From Patescibacteria group bacterium (lineage in GTDB: Bacteria; Patescibacteriota; Patescibacteriia; UBA2591; JAQUPP01), in NCBI GenBank assembly GCA_041649955.1, contig JBAZMD010000001.1, positions 4,079-68,078 of the forward strand: a stretch of 64,000 nt of DNA, given 5' to 3'. The notes beneath the pieces are model-generated. The model searched no databases. It was not told the origin of the DNA and worked only from the letters and a program-made list of their open reading frames with translations. Every line of letters begins with the position of its first letter. Position 1 is the stretch's first letter. The position numbers and the translations under genes are program-made. Shown in pieces: positions 1 through 9,553 of this stretch.

Positions 1-750
1 AAAGACAAAGTTAAAGTTTTTGTTAATGTTGTAAAACAATCGCCGCAAATAAAAGCAGGAGTTGATGTTGGCGGCGCAGGAGATCAAGGAATAATGATAG
101 GTTATGCATGTGATGAAACCAAAGAAATGATTCCTCTGGAAGTTTTAATGTCTCGTCAATTAATAAAAGCAATGGGCGCGTGCGATGGCAAAAGCCAAGT
201 AACGCTTAATGGCAAAAAAATAGAAAAAATTATTACCAGTGTTTGCGGCGAAAAATACCCTAAAAAATTAATTAATTTACTGGCAAAGTGGGGGATTAAA
301 GACGGAGACAAGCGTTGGCTTAAAAATCCGGCCGGAAAATGGACTTTTGGCGGATTTAAGGCCGATACCGGTTTGACCGGCCGAAAATTAATTGTTGATA
401 ATTACGGACCAAATATTTCAATCGGCGGCGGAAGTTTTTCGGGAAAAGATGCCACAAAAGTTGACCGATCAGCCGCCTATATGGCGCGCAAAGTAGCCGT
501 AGACTTGCTTAAAAAATACAAAGCTCAAAAAGTTTTTGTAAAATTGGCTTATGCCATAGGAGTGGCAAAACCGGTTATGGCAACAGCTGAATTATATTTT
601 AAAAATAAACCAACAAAATTTATATCGCACATTGAAGGATATGATTTAACGCCGGCGGGAATTATTAAATATTTAGATTTGCAAAAACCGATTTTTAGGG
701 AGACGGCCAAATACGGACATTTTGGCAATGGATTTAAATGGGACATTTAA
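1..750 (+). CDS. metK: S-adenosylmethionine synthetase, 5'-truncated at window edge
   Basis: Frame 1 is open from base 1. Translation contains GAGDQG(I)M and GGGSFSGKD...VDRSAAYMAR, which are hallmark MetK motifs. Stop codon at 748-750. Confidence 0.9.
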   Translation, partial: KDKVKVFVNVVKQSPQIKAGVDVGGAGDQGIMIGYACDETKEMIPLEVLMSRQLIKAMGACDGKSQVTLNGKKIEKIITSVCGEKYPKKLINLLAKWGIKDGDKRWLKNPAGKWTFGGFKADTGLTGRKLIVDNYGPNISIGGGSFSGKDATKVDRSAAYMARKVAVDLLKKYKAQKVFVKLAYAIGVAKPVMATAELYFKNKPTKFISHIEGYDLTPAGIIKYLDLQKPIFRETAKYGHFGNGFKWDI

Positions 751-769
751 TTTCTCAGTTAAATAAAAT

Positions 770-799
770 AAAAAAGCCTGCTTCTAAGCAGGCTTTTTT
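770..799. terminator. Bidirectional rho-independent terminator between convergent metK and the ZIP gene
   Basis: GC hairpin gcctgctt/aagcaggc flanked by an A-run and a T-run. Confidence 0.55.
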
Positions 800-808
800 A
801 TAATTTTT

Positions 809-1534
809 TTAAATTAATTGAGTAATAATAAAAATAAATAAAACACCCAGACAAGTCAGACAAATTAATTTAGGAGAGCTGTGCTTGCTGTGCGCTTCGG
901 GTAAAATGTCGCTGGCGCCGATATACAATAAAAATCCGGCGAAAAATCCCAAATACCAAATTAAAAAGTGCGGAGGAATAATAAATAAAAATGTTGAAAA
1001 CACTCCCAATACCGGAGCCAAAGCATCAAAGAATAAAAACATCTTTGATTTTTTCATATTATTTTTATGGGCCAGCATAAAAGTAATGGTATTCATTCCA
1101 TCGGTAAAATCATGTGAAATAACGGCAATGGCCACCAATAAACCAACTGCTTGATTAACTTGAAACGCAAAACCAATGCTGATTCCGTCCATAAAACTGT
1201 GTCCTATCAAAGCCAGGGCTGAAAATACGCCGACTTGCGGATGTTTGTGTTCGGCATAATCAGTTTCGTGCGTATGATGAATTAAAATTGTTTTTTCCAA
1301 AATATGGAATAAAAGAAAACCGATTACCAGGGCAATCATCGGTTCAATCGGGGGATATTTATTAACACCGACTTCTGTCATAATTTCCGGCAAAATATCA
1401 AAAGCCACCACGCCCAGCAATACGCCGGCGGTAAATCCCATTATCAAATGAAGGCGATTTTTAAATTTAATAGCCAATAACCCGCCGCTTAAAGTGGAAA
1501 CAAAAGTAATAATGGCTAAAATAACGATTTCCAT
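809..1534 (-). CDS. ZIP family metal (Zn/Fe) transporter, ZupT-like
   Basis: Multi-TM protein with a His-rich loop (HHTHETDYAEHKHP) and HSFMDG / SHDFTDG motifs typical of the ZIP family. Confidence 0.75.
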   Translation of the reverse strand: MEIVILAIITFVSTLSGGLLAIKFKNRLHLIMGFTAGVLLGVVAFDILPEIMTEVGVNKYPPIEPMIALVIGFLLFHILEKTILIHHTHETDYAEHKHPQVGVFSALALIGHSFMDGISIGFAFQVNQAVGLLVAIAVISHDFTDGMNTITFMLAHKNNMKKSKMFLFFDALAPVLGVFSTFLFIIPPHFLIWYLGFFAGFLLYIGASDILPEAHSKHSSPKLICLTCLGVLFIFIITQLI

Positions 1535-1570
1535 ATAGGATTATATTATAACAAATTTACTTTTTTATCA

Positions 1571-1606
1571 ATAGACAATTTGCTAAAAAAATTGTATAAT
1601 ATTCTG
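1571..1606 (+). promoter_or_regulatory. Sigma70-like promoter (TAGACA-17-TATAAT) upstream of the 1643 ORF
   Basis: tagacaatttgctaaaaaaattgtataat read directly from the sequence. Confidence 0.4.
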
Positions 1607-1642
1607 TAGTAACACATCTTAATTTAATAAAAAAATAAAATT

Positions 1643-2593
1643 ATGGAAAAAACCAACACCGCATATAACACGCCAAAAGATGTTTTTTTGCATCTTTTTA
1701 ACATCATTATTTTTTATTTAAGCATTGTTAATTTTATTTTGCTCATAACCGAATATATCAGTGTTATTTTTCCCGATGCTCTCAGTTTTTATTATAACGG
1801 CATAACAAGGGCGATTCAAAGTTCCACTTCAATATTGATAATATCCATCCCTGTTTTCATATTAACTTCTTGGATGCTTGGAAAAGATCTTAAAAATAAC
1901 CCTGAAAAAAGAGAAATGAAATTGAGAAAATGGCTTCTTTATTTTACTCTTTTTATATCAGCCATGACTATTATTATAGATCTTATTGTTTTTATCAATA
2001 ATTTTTTAAGCGGCGAGTTAACCATTCAATTCTTTTTGAAAATTTTAATCGTGCTTTTGGTTGCCGCGGCCGTTTTTGGTTATTATATTTGGGATTTAAA
2101 AAGAAAAGACCCGGAAACATCTAAATTGCCGAAGATACTCGCATGGGTTATCTCCGGCGTGGTTTTAGCGAGTATTGTTTGGGGATTCTTTATTATTGGA
2201 ACACCGGCTGTCCAACGAGATAGGAGATTTGATGAACAAAGAATCAGTAATCTTCAAGAAATTCAAGACCGAATTGTCAATTATTGGATGCAAAAAGAAA
2301 AATTACCGCAAACTCTTGGCGAACTGGAAGACAGTATTTCCGGATTTGTTGTTCCCAAAGATCCCGAATCTGCTGCTTTATACGAATATAATATAACCAG
2401 CCCTCTTTCTTTTGAATTGTGCGCCAATTTTACAATTTCAAGCAAAGATCCAAAATCAATTTCTGTTAAACAAAAATCTTCTGTTTTATTAAGTCAGAGA
2501 GATCTTGTTCAACAAAATTGGAATCACGAGACAGGACGAACTTGTTTTGCGAGAACAATTGATCCGGAATTGTATAAATTAAAAGTAAAATAA
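1643..2593 (+). CDS. Hypothetical integral membrane protein with an N-terminal polytopic domain and a C-terminal soluble domain
   Basis: Long ORF with several predicted TM helices, lying downstream of the promoter-like sequence above. No family recognised. Confidence 0.55.
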   Translation: MEKTNTAYNTPKDVFLHLFNIIIFYLSIVNFILLITEYISVIFPDALSFYYNGITRAIQSSTSILIISIPVFILTSWMLGKDLKNNPEKREMKLRKWLLYFTLFISAMTIIIDLIVFINNFLSGELTIQFFLKILIVLLVAAAVFGYYIWDLKRKDPETSKLPKILAWVISGVVLASIVWGFFIIGTPAVQRDRRFDEQRISNLQEIQDRIVNYWMQKEKLPQTLGELEDSISGFVVPKDPESAALYEYNITSPLSFELCANFTISSKDPKSISVKQKSSVLLSQRDLVQQNWNHETGRTCFARTIDPELYKLKVK

Positions 2594-2608
2594 AGTTATA
2601 ATATTGTC

Positions 2609-4294
2609 ATGAATCAAGCTCAAGCGTTTTCAATACTTAAAGCCGGGGCAAATGTGTATTTGACCGGCGAACCCGGATCAGGAAAAACATATTTGGTAAA
2701 TCAATATGTGGCGTATTTGCGCGAGAATGGAATTGAACCGGCAATTACGGCTTCCACGGGCATTGCCGCGACGCATATCGGCGGCATGACAATTCATTCC
2801 TGGTGCGGTATTGGAATTAAAACCAAACTGGACAGGCATGATTTGAATAAAATCGCTTCAACCAAATATATTGAAAAACGCGTCCGACAAACCAAAGTTC
2901 TTATTATTGACGAAGTATCAATGCTCCCGCCCGAGACAATTACCATGATTGATTTGGTTTGCCGCGAAGTCAAGCAAAATTCAGAACCGTTTGGCGGTAT
3001 CATAGTAATTTTTGTCGGAGATTTTTTTCAACTCCCGCCGATTATCAAGATAAAAAATGAAAATAATTCACAAAATTCTTTACTCGGAAATAAATCAGCT
3101 CATTTTGCTTACGATTCTCCGTCATGGGAAAGAGCGAATTTGGCTGTTTGTTATCTTAATGAGCAATACCGCCAAGAAGATGATAATTTTCTTTCCATAC
3201 TTTCTTCAATCAGGCGAAACTCGTTTCAAAGCAATCATTTATGCCATCTTGAAACGAGAAAAATTGAATACCATTTAACGCCGAATAATATACCGAAACT
3301 TTTTACGCACAATATTGACGTAGATCGCATTAATAATGAAATGTTGGCCGACCTCAAAGGCGAATTAAAAAAATTTAACATGCTTTTGCAAGGCCATGAT
3401 ATTTTTACCGCTTCTCTAAAAAAGGGCTGTCTTTCGCCGGAAACGCTTTGTTTAAAAATCGGCGCGACAGTAATGTTTACGAAAAATAATCCCGTTAAAG
3501 GATTTGTAAACGGCACTCTCGGCATAGTTGAAGAATTTAATCAAACACTCGGCAATCCGATTGTTAAAACGCGAGATGGAAGAAAAATCAAAGTTGAACC
3601 CATGGATTGGACAATAGAAGAAAATGGCAGCGTGCGCGGCCGAATTACGCAGCTGCCGCTTCGTCTTGCCTGGGCGATTACCGTGCATAAAAGCCAAGGG
3701 ATGACCTTGGATGAGGCAGTAATGGATTTATCCGATGTCTTTGAATTCGGACAAGGCTATGTCGCGCTCTCGCGGATAAGAAAACTTTCCGGACTTTATT
3801 TGCTTGGCTGGAATGAACGCGCTTTTCAAGTGCATCCGGAAATTCTCGCCAAAGATGAATTATTCAGATCATTGTCGGAACAAATTGAAATAGAATTTGC
3901 CAAAATTCCGCCTACTGAACTTGAAAAAATATATCAAAACTTCATCACTGTTTGCGGAGGGGAGTTAAAACAAAGAAAAAATAAAAAATGCAATACGCGC
4001 GATGAAACTCTCGTTTTATGGAATCAAGAAAAAACTGTTTCTCAAATCGCCAAAACGCGCGGACTGAAAGAAGAAACAATCCTAAACCATCTTGAAAAAC
4101 TTGTTTTAAGTGGTAAAATTAATGCGGCGGATATCTCTCGTCTTATTACGCCCTCGCTTTCTTGCGCCCTTGCTGAAATTTATGCCGCGTTTTGCGAGCT
4201 TAAAACTAAATCGCTTCTGCCGGTTTTTAAAAAATTTAAAGGTGCGTATTCATATAATGAATTGCGAATCGTCAGAATGATGTTAAAAGAATAA
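2609..4294 (+). CDS. PIF1/RecD-family ATP-dependent DNA helicase with a C-terminal HTH-like domain
   Basis: Walker A GEPGSGKT, DEVSM, and the characteristic TVHKSQGMTLD motif of Pif1-like helicases. Confidence 0.8.
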   Translation: MNQAQAFSILKAGANVYLTGEPGSGKTYLVNQYVAYLRENGIEPAITASTGIAATHIGGMTIHSWCGIGIKTKLDRHDLNKIASTKYIEKRVRQTKVLIIDEVSMLPPETITMIDLVCREVKQNSEPFGGIIVIFVGDFFQLPPIIKIKNENNSQNSLLGNKSAHFAYDSPSWERANLAVCYLNEQYRQEDDNFLSILSSIRRNSFQSNHLCHLETRKIEYHLTPNNIPKLFTHNIDVDRINNEMLADLKGELKKFNMLLQGHDIFTASLKKGCLSPETLCLKIGATVMFTKNNPVKGFVNGTLGIVEEFNQTLGNPIVKTRDGRKIKVEPMDWTIEENGSVRGRITQLPLRLAWAITVHKSQGMTLDEAVMDLSDVFEFGQGYVALSRIRKLSGLYLLGWNERAFQVHPEILAKDELFRSLSEQIEIEFAKIPPTELEKIYQNFITVCGGELKQRKNKKCNTRDETLVLWNQEKTVSQIAKTRGLKEETILNHLEKLVLSGKINAADISRLITPSLSCALAEIYAAFCELKTKSLLPVFKKFKGAYSYNELRIVRMMLKE

Positions 4295-4339
4295 AAGGTA
4301 TTAAACTATTTTATATTTTAAATAATTTAATATAAAAAT

Positions 4340-4501
4340 ATGGAAAAATATTTAGTGCCGCTCATTAGCGTTATCAGCTTAATGATTAATTTTATGTTTT
4401 ATATGCAAATTCCTTGGTATGTTATATTAACGATATTATCGTCTATGATATTGTTAATGATAATATTACTATCTCTAAAAAAATGGGGAATTAAATAATA
4501 T
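4340..4501 (+). CDS. Small hydrophobic membrane protein (53 aa); not in the ORF track
   Basis: ATG at 4340 gives 53 codons of strongly hydrophobic sequence (MEKYLVPLISVISLMINFMFYMQIPWYVILTILSSMILLMIILLSLKKWGIK). The stop abuts the ATG of the next gene at 4502. An open 53-codon stretch in AT-rich DNA is moderately unlikely by chance. Confidence 0.3.
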
Positions 4502-5821
4502 ATGAATACTTTTAAAAAACAATACAAACAAGCTTGGATTATTGATGTCAGCATGGGTTATGGCCATCAAAGAACGGCTAATCCCTTGAAACATCTTGCG
4601 CCTGACGGGAAGGTAATCAGCGCCAATAATTATTCCGGAATTCCAAATTCCGACAAAAATATCTGGGAAGCAAGCAGAAAATTTTATGAATTTATTTCCG
4701 GTTTTAAGAGAGTGCCTTTGATAGGGGATTTTTGCTTTTTTATTTTTGATCAATTTCAAAAAATCGCCGATTTTTATCCCAGGCGGAATCTTTCACAGCC
4801 GAATTTGTTTCTCAAACAGACTCTTGGTACTATCAAAAAGGGGTGGGGGAAACATTTGATAGAAAAATTAAAACAAAATCCCATTCCCATAATTACCACT
4901 TTTTTTGTTCCGGCTTATATGGCTGAATTTTATAATTATCCGGGTGATATTTATTGCGTGGTTTGCGATGCCGATATTGCCAGAGCTTGGGCTCCGTTTA
5001 ACCCGAGAAGAAGTAAAATCAAATATTTCGCGCCTACCAGCCGAGTAGCCAGCCGTTTGCAGCTTTACGGAGTCAGAAAAGAAAATATATTTTTAACCGG
5101 TTATCCTTTGCCGAATGAAAATATCGGTTCGGAAAAAATGGAAATTTTAAAATCCGATCTCTGTCAAAGAATTGACAATCTTGATCCTAAAGGCCTCTAC
5201 CACCAACGTTATGCGACATTAATTGAACAATATCTGGAGAATTGTCCGGCAAAATCAGAACATCCGTTGACTTTGATGTTTGCCATTGGCGGCGCCGGCG
5301 CTCAGAAAGAAATAGCCATTAGCGTGGTTAAAAGTTTAAAAGAAAAAATCAACCGGGAAGAAATTAAAATTATTTTAGTCGCGGGCATTAAAAATTGGGT
5401 TAAAAATTTCTTTATAAGAGAATTGAAAAATTTGGATTTTGAAAATGATCCCGCTAAGAGCGGAATTGAAATTATTTACGCGAAAAACATGGGTGAATAC
5501 TTTGCTAAATTCAACGCCGCCCTGAGAATAACGGATATTTTATGGACTAAACCCAGCGAATTGTCTTTCTATTCCGGGCTTGGTTTGCCGATTATTATTG
5601 CTCCTTCTGTTGGTTCGCAGGAAAATTTTAATCGTGATTGGCTTCTTCAGCATCACGCTGCCATTTTACAAAACGATCCGAATTACACCAATGAATGGCT
5701 TTTTGACTTTTTAAAAACCGGCTCTTTAGCTGACGCGGCAATGCACGGTTTTGTTGAAGCCAGAAATTTAGGAGTTTTTAATATAGAAAAAGTGCTTAAC
5801 GGCGAAGATATATGTGGTTAA
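4502..5821 (+). CDS. Putative GT-B fold glycosyltransferase, GT28 / MGDG-synthase / UgtP-like
   Basis: N-terminal S-x-GYGH-x-x-A motif resembles the G-rich loop of MurG/UgtP/MGDG synthases. A C-terminal GGAGAQ segment is consistent with a GT-B C-domain. Weak assignment. Confidence 0.45.
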   Translation: MNTFKKQYKQAWIIDVSMGYGHQRTANPLKHLAPDGKVISANNYSGIPNSDKNIWEASRKFYEFISGFKRVPLIGDFCFFIFDQFQKIADFYPRRNLSQPNLFLKQTLGTIKKGWGKHLIEKLKQNPIPIITTFFVPAYMAEFYNYPGDIYCVVCDADIARAWAPFNPRRSKIKYFAPTSRVASRLQLYGVRKENIFLTGYPLPNENIGSEKMEILKSDLCQRIDNLDPKGLYHQRYATLIEQYLENCPAKSEHPLTLMFAIGGAGAQKEIAISVVKSLKEKINREEIKIILVAGIKNWVKNFFIRELKNLDFENDPAKSGIEIIYAKNMGEYFAKFNAALRITDILWTKPSELSFYSGLGLPIIIAPSVGSQENFNRDWLLQHHAAILQNDPNYTNEWLFDFLKTGSLADAAMHGFVEARNLGVFNIEKVLNGEDICG

Positions 5822-6720
5822 TTGTTGTTTTAATTGCTCAATTTCTAAATGCTATAGTTTTTTTATTTGATAAATATCTGTTGGGCAGCGGCCGGATAGA
5901 TAAACCCGCATTATACGCTTTTTATGTCGGTATGTTAGGCGTAATCGGCGTAGTTTTAATTCCGTTCGGCGGATTAAGCTTTCCGGGGATAAATGGATTA
6001 TTAATTGATTTTCTAGCCGGCGGTATTTATATTTTGGCCTGTTGGGTTTTTTATCAAGCATTAAAAGTAAACGAAGCATCAAGAGTAGTGCCGGTGGTCG
6101 GCAGTTTTAGCGCTGTTTTTGTTTTAATTTTAAGCACGATATTTTTGGGTGAAACCTTAACTCCAAAATTTACTTCCGCATTTTTATTATTATTGGCGGG
6201 CAGCGTTTTAATCAGTCTTCGCCTGACAAAAAAACGAGAGAAATTTGATTGCAAATTTTTACTTGCTGTTTTAGCAAGTTTTATTTTTTCTGCATTTTAT
6301 ATTTTGACAAAATATATTTATCTTCACCAGCCGTTTATTAGCGGATTTGTCTGGTCTCGATTCGGCGGAGTGATTTTTGCCTTATTCTTATTGTTTATTC
6401 CCTCAGTCGCCAAATCCGTTTTTAAAAAATCAAAAGAAAAAAAACCAGCCAAAAGCGGAAAACTAACATCAATACTTTTTCTTTCCAACCAGCTGATGAG
6501 CGGAACTAATTTTATTCTTATCAATTGGGCGGTTTCCATGGCTAGCGTCGCGCTGGTTAACGCCATGCAAGGCGTTCAATACGCGTTTATATTTTTAATC
6601 AGCTTATTTTTGGTCAGATATCCGCGAATTTTGGTTGAAGAGGTCAATAAATCGGTGATTATTCAAAAAATCATCGCCATTTTACTGATCGGAGCGGGAA
6701 TATTCTTGATAAATTTTTAA
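5812..6720 (+). CDS. EamA/DMT superfamily transporter
   Basis: About ten TM helices in two repeated halves. Its start overlaps the upstream gene's stop by 10 nt, suggesting translational coupling. Confidence 0.7.
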   Translation: MWLIVVLIAQFLNAIVFLFDKYLLGSGRIDKPALYAFYVGMLGVIGVVLIPFGGLSFPGINGLLIDFLAGGIYILACWVFYQALKVNEASRVVPVVGSFSAVFVLILSTIFLGETLTPKFTSAFLLLLAGSVLISLRLTKKREKFDCKFLLAVLASFIFSAFYILTKYIYLHQPFISGFVWSRFGGVIFALFLLFIPSVAKSVFKKSKEKKPAKSGKLTSILFLSNQLMSGTNFILINWAVSMASVALVNAMQGVQYAFIFLISLFLVRYPRILVEEVNKSVIIQKIIAILLIGAGIFLINF

Positions 6721-7737
6721 ATGTCATCAATTAAAAGAAAATTAATTTTTATAATTTCAGTAATTGCTATTTTGACAATAGCTGTTTTTTTAGCAATCAA
6801 AATTTGCGATAAAAAAATCAGTCAAATGCCCCAAGGCAAGTTCGGTGTAACTTTTTCCATAGGCAGGGCGGAATATTTAGGGCTCGATTGGCATGATACT
6901 TACTTATCAATTCTTGACGAATTACAAGTAAAATATTTGCGCCTGGGCGCTTATTGGCCTGATATAATGCCGAAAAAAGATGTTTATAATTTTTCCGACC
7001 TTGATTGGATGGTTGATGAAGCCGGAAATCATCAGGCAAAAATTATTTTAGCCGTTGGCTGGCGTTTGCCGGGTTGGCCTGAATGCCATACTCCTGATTG
7101 GGCGACAAATTTAAGCGAACAGGAACGTCAAGAACAAATTTCAAATTTAATCAAGGAGACAATCAATCGTTATAAATCAGATTCTCAAATTTCGGCTTGG
7201 CAGCTGGAAAATGAGCCCTTTTTAAGGATTTTCGGCATTTGTCCGCCGATTAATCGCGATTTTTTCAAGCAAGAATTGGCTTTGGTAAAATCTCTTGATA
7301 ATCGGCCGATTATTATTACTGAAAGCGGCGAACTTTCCACTTGGCTGGGCGGAGGACATTACGGAGATGTTTTAGGCATTACCATGTATCGGGTGGTTTG
7401 GAATAAATACATGAAATATTTTTATTATCCTTTTCCCGAAGCTTCTTATTATTTGAAAGGCGAGATAGTAAAACTTTTAACCGGTGTTAAAAAAATCGTC
7501 GTCGCGGAACTGCAGGCCGAACCATGGACTCCCAGCGGATCTCTTTTAACAATGTCCCTTGATGAACAATTAAAAATCGTCAATCTGGATTATATGAGAA
7601 ATGTGGTAATTTATGCCCGCCATACCGGTTTTAGCGAATATTATCTTTGGGGAGTGGAATGGTGGTATTGGCTAAAAAATCAGGGTCATCCGGAAATTCT
7701 TAATTTTGTTCAAGAATTATTTAAATCTCAATTATAA
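6721..7737 (+). CDS. Membrane-anchored putative glycoside hydrolase (clan GH-A / GH5-like TIM barrel)
   Basis: N-terminal TM anchor. WQLENEPF contains the NEP catalytic-acid motif of GH-A hydrolases. The ATG directly abuts the upstream gene's stop. Confidence 0.4.
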   Translation: MSSIKRKLIFIISVIAILTIAVFLAIKICDKKISQMPQGKFGVTFSIGRAEYLGLDWHDTYLSILDELQVKYLRLGAYWPDIMPKKDVYNFSDLDWMVDEAGNHQAKIILAVGWRLPGWPECHTPDWATNLSEQERQEQISNLIKETINRYKSDSQISAWQLENEPFLRIFGICPPINRDFFKQELALVKSLDNRPIIITESGELSTWLGGGHYGDVLGITMYRVVWNKYMKYFYYPFPEASYYLKGEIVKLLTGVKKIVVAELQAEPWTPSGSLLTMSLDEQLKIVNLDYMRNVVIYARHTGFSEYYLWGVEWWYWLKNQGHPEILNFVQELFKSQL

Positions 7738-7765
7738 AATTTTTAATTAATTATTTAATTTTAAT

Positions 7766-8833
7766 ATGTCTTTAAGAGTCGGAATAGTCGGATTGCCAAA
7801 TGTCGGCAAATCAACTTTATTTCAGGCAATTACCAGAAAACAAGTTGACCATTCAAATTATCCTTTTTGCACCATTGATCCCAATATCGGCGTCGTGGCC
7901 GTGCCGGATGAAAGAGTGGATAAATTAGCCGAATTGACCAAATCAGCCAAAAAAATTTACGCCACCGTAGAGTTTGTTGACATTGCAGGATTGGTTAAAG
8001 GAGCGTCAAAAGGAGAAGGTTTGGGAAATAAATTTTTAACCAATATCAGAGAAGTTGATTCAATAGTTTATGTTCTGCGCGGTTTTAAAAATGATAAAAT
8101 CATCAATACCCAGCAAAACATTGATATTATCAGAGATAAAGAAATTCTGGATACGGAATTAGCCCTTAAAGATTTGGAAACTGTGGAAAAAAGAAGACAA
8201 GCTTTGGACAGAGATGTTAAGGCCGGAAAGAAAGAAGCAATCAAAGAAATGGGCGTAGTCAAAAAAGCATATGATTTTTTGGAAAAAGGGGGAACATTGA
8301 GTGAACAAAATTGGGAAGAAGAAGAGAAGAAAATATTGCAAAATTATCAATTATTGACCATGAAGCCGAGATTATTTTTACTGAACGGTTCGGAAGCGGA
8401 AATTGATTCGGCGACAATGGAAACTTTTAAAAAAAATAATTGGTCTTATTTGATCATTGATATTTTAATTGAGTTTGATGCTGCTGATTTAAAACCGGAA
8501 GAACGAAAAGATTTTGATTTGCCCACTGATTTAAAAATAAACGATTTAGTCAAAGAATCATATAAATTGCTTGATTTAATCACTTTTTTAACCACCGGAC
8601 CTGATGAAACTCGCGCCTGGACGTTAAAAAAAGGAGGAACAGCGCCGCAAGCCGGCGGAGTTATTCACAGTGATTTTGAAACGCATTTTATCAAAGCTGA
8701 TGTTATTAATTGGCTTGATTTATTAAATATTGGCGGGTTTAGCGAAGCGCTTAAAAAGGGATTAATTCGCACCGAAGGCAAAGATTACATTATTAAAGAC
8801 GGCGACGTGATTGAAATCAAAAGTAACGCTTAA
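7766..8833 (+). CDS. ychF: Ribosome-binding ATPase YchF (Obg-family GTPase with TGS domain)
   Basis: GIVGLPNVGKSTLFQAIT P-loop at the N-terminus. Overall YchF architecture with a C-terminal TGS-like segment. Confidence 0.9.
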   Translation: MSLRVGIVGLPNVGKSTLFQAITRKQVDHSNYPFCTIDPNIGVVAVPDERVDKLAELTKSAKKIYATVEFVDIAGLVKGASKGEGLGNKFLTNIREVDSIVYVLRGFKNDKIINTQQNIDIIRDKEILDTELALKDLETVEKRRQALDRDVKAGKKEAIKEMGVVKKAYDFLEKGGTLSEQNWEEEEKKILQNYQLLTMKPRLFLLNGSEAEIDSATMETFKKNNWSYLIIDILIEFDAADLKPEERKDFDLPTDLKINDLVKESYKLLDLITFLTTGPDETRAWTLKKGGTAPQAGGVIHSDFETHFIKADVINWLDLLNIGGFSEALKKGLIRTEGKDYIIKDGDVIEIKSNA

Positions 8834-8863
8834 TTGTGGATAAAAAGAATTGACATTTTTTTT

Positions 8864-8897
8864 AAACCTGCTATAATCTATAAAAAGTTAAAAAAAG
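8864..8897 (+). promoter_or_regulatory. Sigma70 promoter TTGACA-16-TATAAT, followed by an AAGGAGG ribosome-binding site
   Basis: ttgacattttttttaaacctgctataat, then aaaggaggaaagagt ATG at 8909. Confidence 0.55.
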
Positions 8898-8908
8898 GAG
8901 GAAAGAGT

Positions 8909-9232
8909 ATGCGAAGAATTATTAAAGCGCTTAAAAAGCAGCTTAAAAAACGTAAGCGCTTGTCTGCTTATCAAGCAGGGGTTCGAGAAATTCTAAAGTC
9001 TTTACCGGTTCAAAGTTTAATCATCTATACCAAATTTTTAAAAAAAAAGGTAGGGGATGATAAAAAACGGCAATTAAGAAGGGTTTTAATAATCCTTCCT
9101 AGTGCGAAGGTAAATTCAAAGGGATTTGAGAGAAAAATAGAATTCGCAATTAGCACCTTATCAGATCCGGAATGGGAAAAGCATATTAATCTTGATGAAT
9201 TTAAAAAGCTTTTTTCGAGCGTAAAACAGTAA
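8909..9232 (+). CDS. Hypothetical small basic protein (107 aa)
   Basis: Start chosen at the Met preceded by AAGGAGG. The ORF track's longer form (8834) would include the promoter. Lys/Arg-rich. Confidence 0.5.
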   Translation: MRRIIKALKKQLKKRKRLSAYQAGVREILKSLPVQSLIIYTKFLKKKVGDDKKRQLRRVLIILPSAKVNSKGFERKIEFAISTLSDPEWEKHINLDEFKKLFSSVKQ

Positions 9233-9246
9233 GATATGATAGATTA

Positions 9247-9283
9247 GAGTCGAAGCCAATTAACGCTTCGACTCTTTAAATTT
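9247..9283 (+). terminator. Rho-independent terminator
   Basis: gagtcgaagc...gcttcgactc 10-bp stem followed by TTTAAATTT. Confidence 0.55.
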
Positions 9284-9284
9284 A

Positions 9285-9411
9285 GGGGGTTGACCCCGTC
9301 AGAAGTTTGGCGTAAATCTTTATATTTTAAAATAATCAAAACCGCAAAGGCGGCTTCGCCTTAAGCCTTTCTATATCAATGGTTTATCGATGAACTTCTA
9401 ACGGGGTTGAC
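9285..9411 (+). repeat. Intergenic repeat family 1, copy A (about 125 bp, imperfect terminal inverted repeats, internal GC hairpin)
   Basis: About 85% identical to the reverse complement of 20324-20445. Termini are TTGACCCCGTCAGAAGTT ... AACTTCTAACGGGGTTGAC. The internal hairpin is aaggcg-gctt-cgcctt. Confidence 0.7.
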
Positions 9412-9552
9412 CCCCTCACCAAACGCTGATGTATTTTTCAAACACGAAGTCTATTTATTTATATTCAAAATATTTTTTAATTTATATCAAAATTAAACTT
9501 AGAAATTTTAAAAAATACGAGACTGAGTGTTTATCAGCGTTCAGGTGAGGGG
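9412..9552. repeat. Inverted-repeat-bounded element (family 2) nested at the right end of copy A
   Basis: The 20-nt arms cccctcaccaaacgctgatg and atcagcgttcaggtgagggg match in about 18 of 20 positions. The element is flanked by the direct repeat ggggttgac on both sides and ends flush against the TTGACA -35 box. Confidence 0.6.
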
Positions 9553-9553
9553 G

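Noticed and set aside
885-1154. Antisense and overlapping small ORFs throughout the track (885-1154+, 549-746-, 2175-2396+, 2794-3003-, 3057-3697 cluster, 10625-10864-, 31635-31874-, 45889-46077+, and others)
   Set aside because: All lie inside and opposite to, or out of frame with, long well-supported genes. They lack ribosome-binding sites and are typical spurious ORFs in AT-rich DNA.
9285-9425. GC-rich segments (ggggttgacccc and similar) as possible tRNA genes
   Set aside because: No cloverleaf: there is no GTTC-type T-loop of 7 nt, no acceptor/anticodon arm arrangement, and the length and termini do not fit. Treated as a repeat element instead. I could not recognise any tRNA in the window by eye; tRNAscan-SE should be run to confirm.
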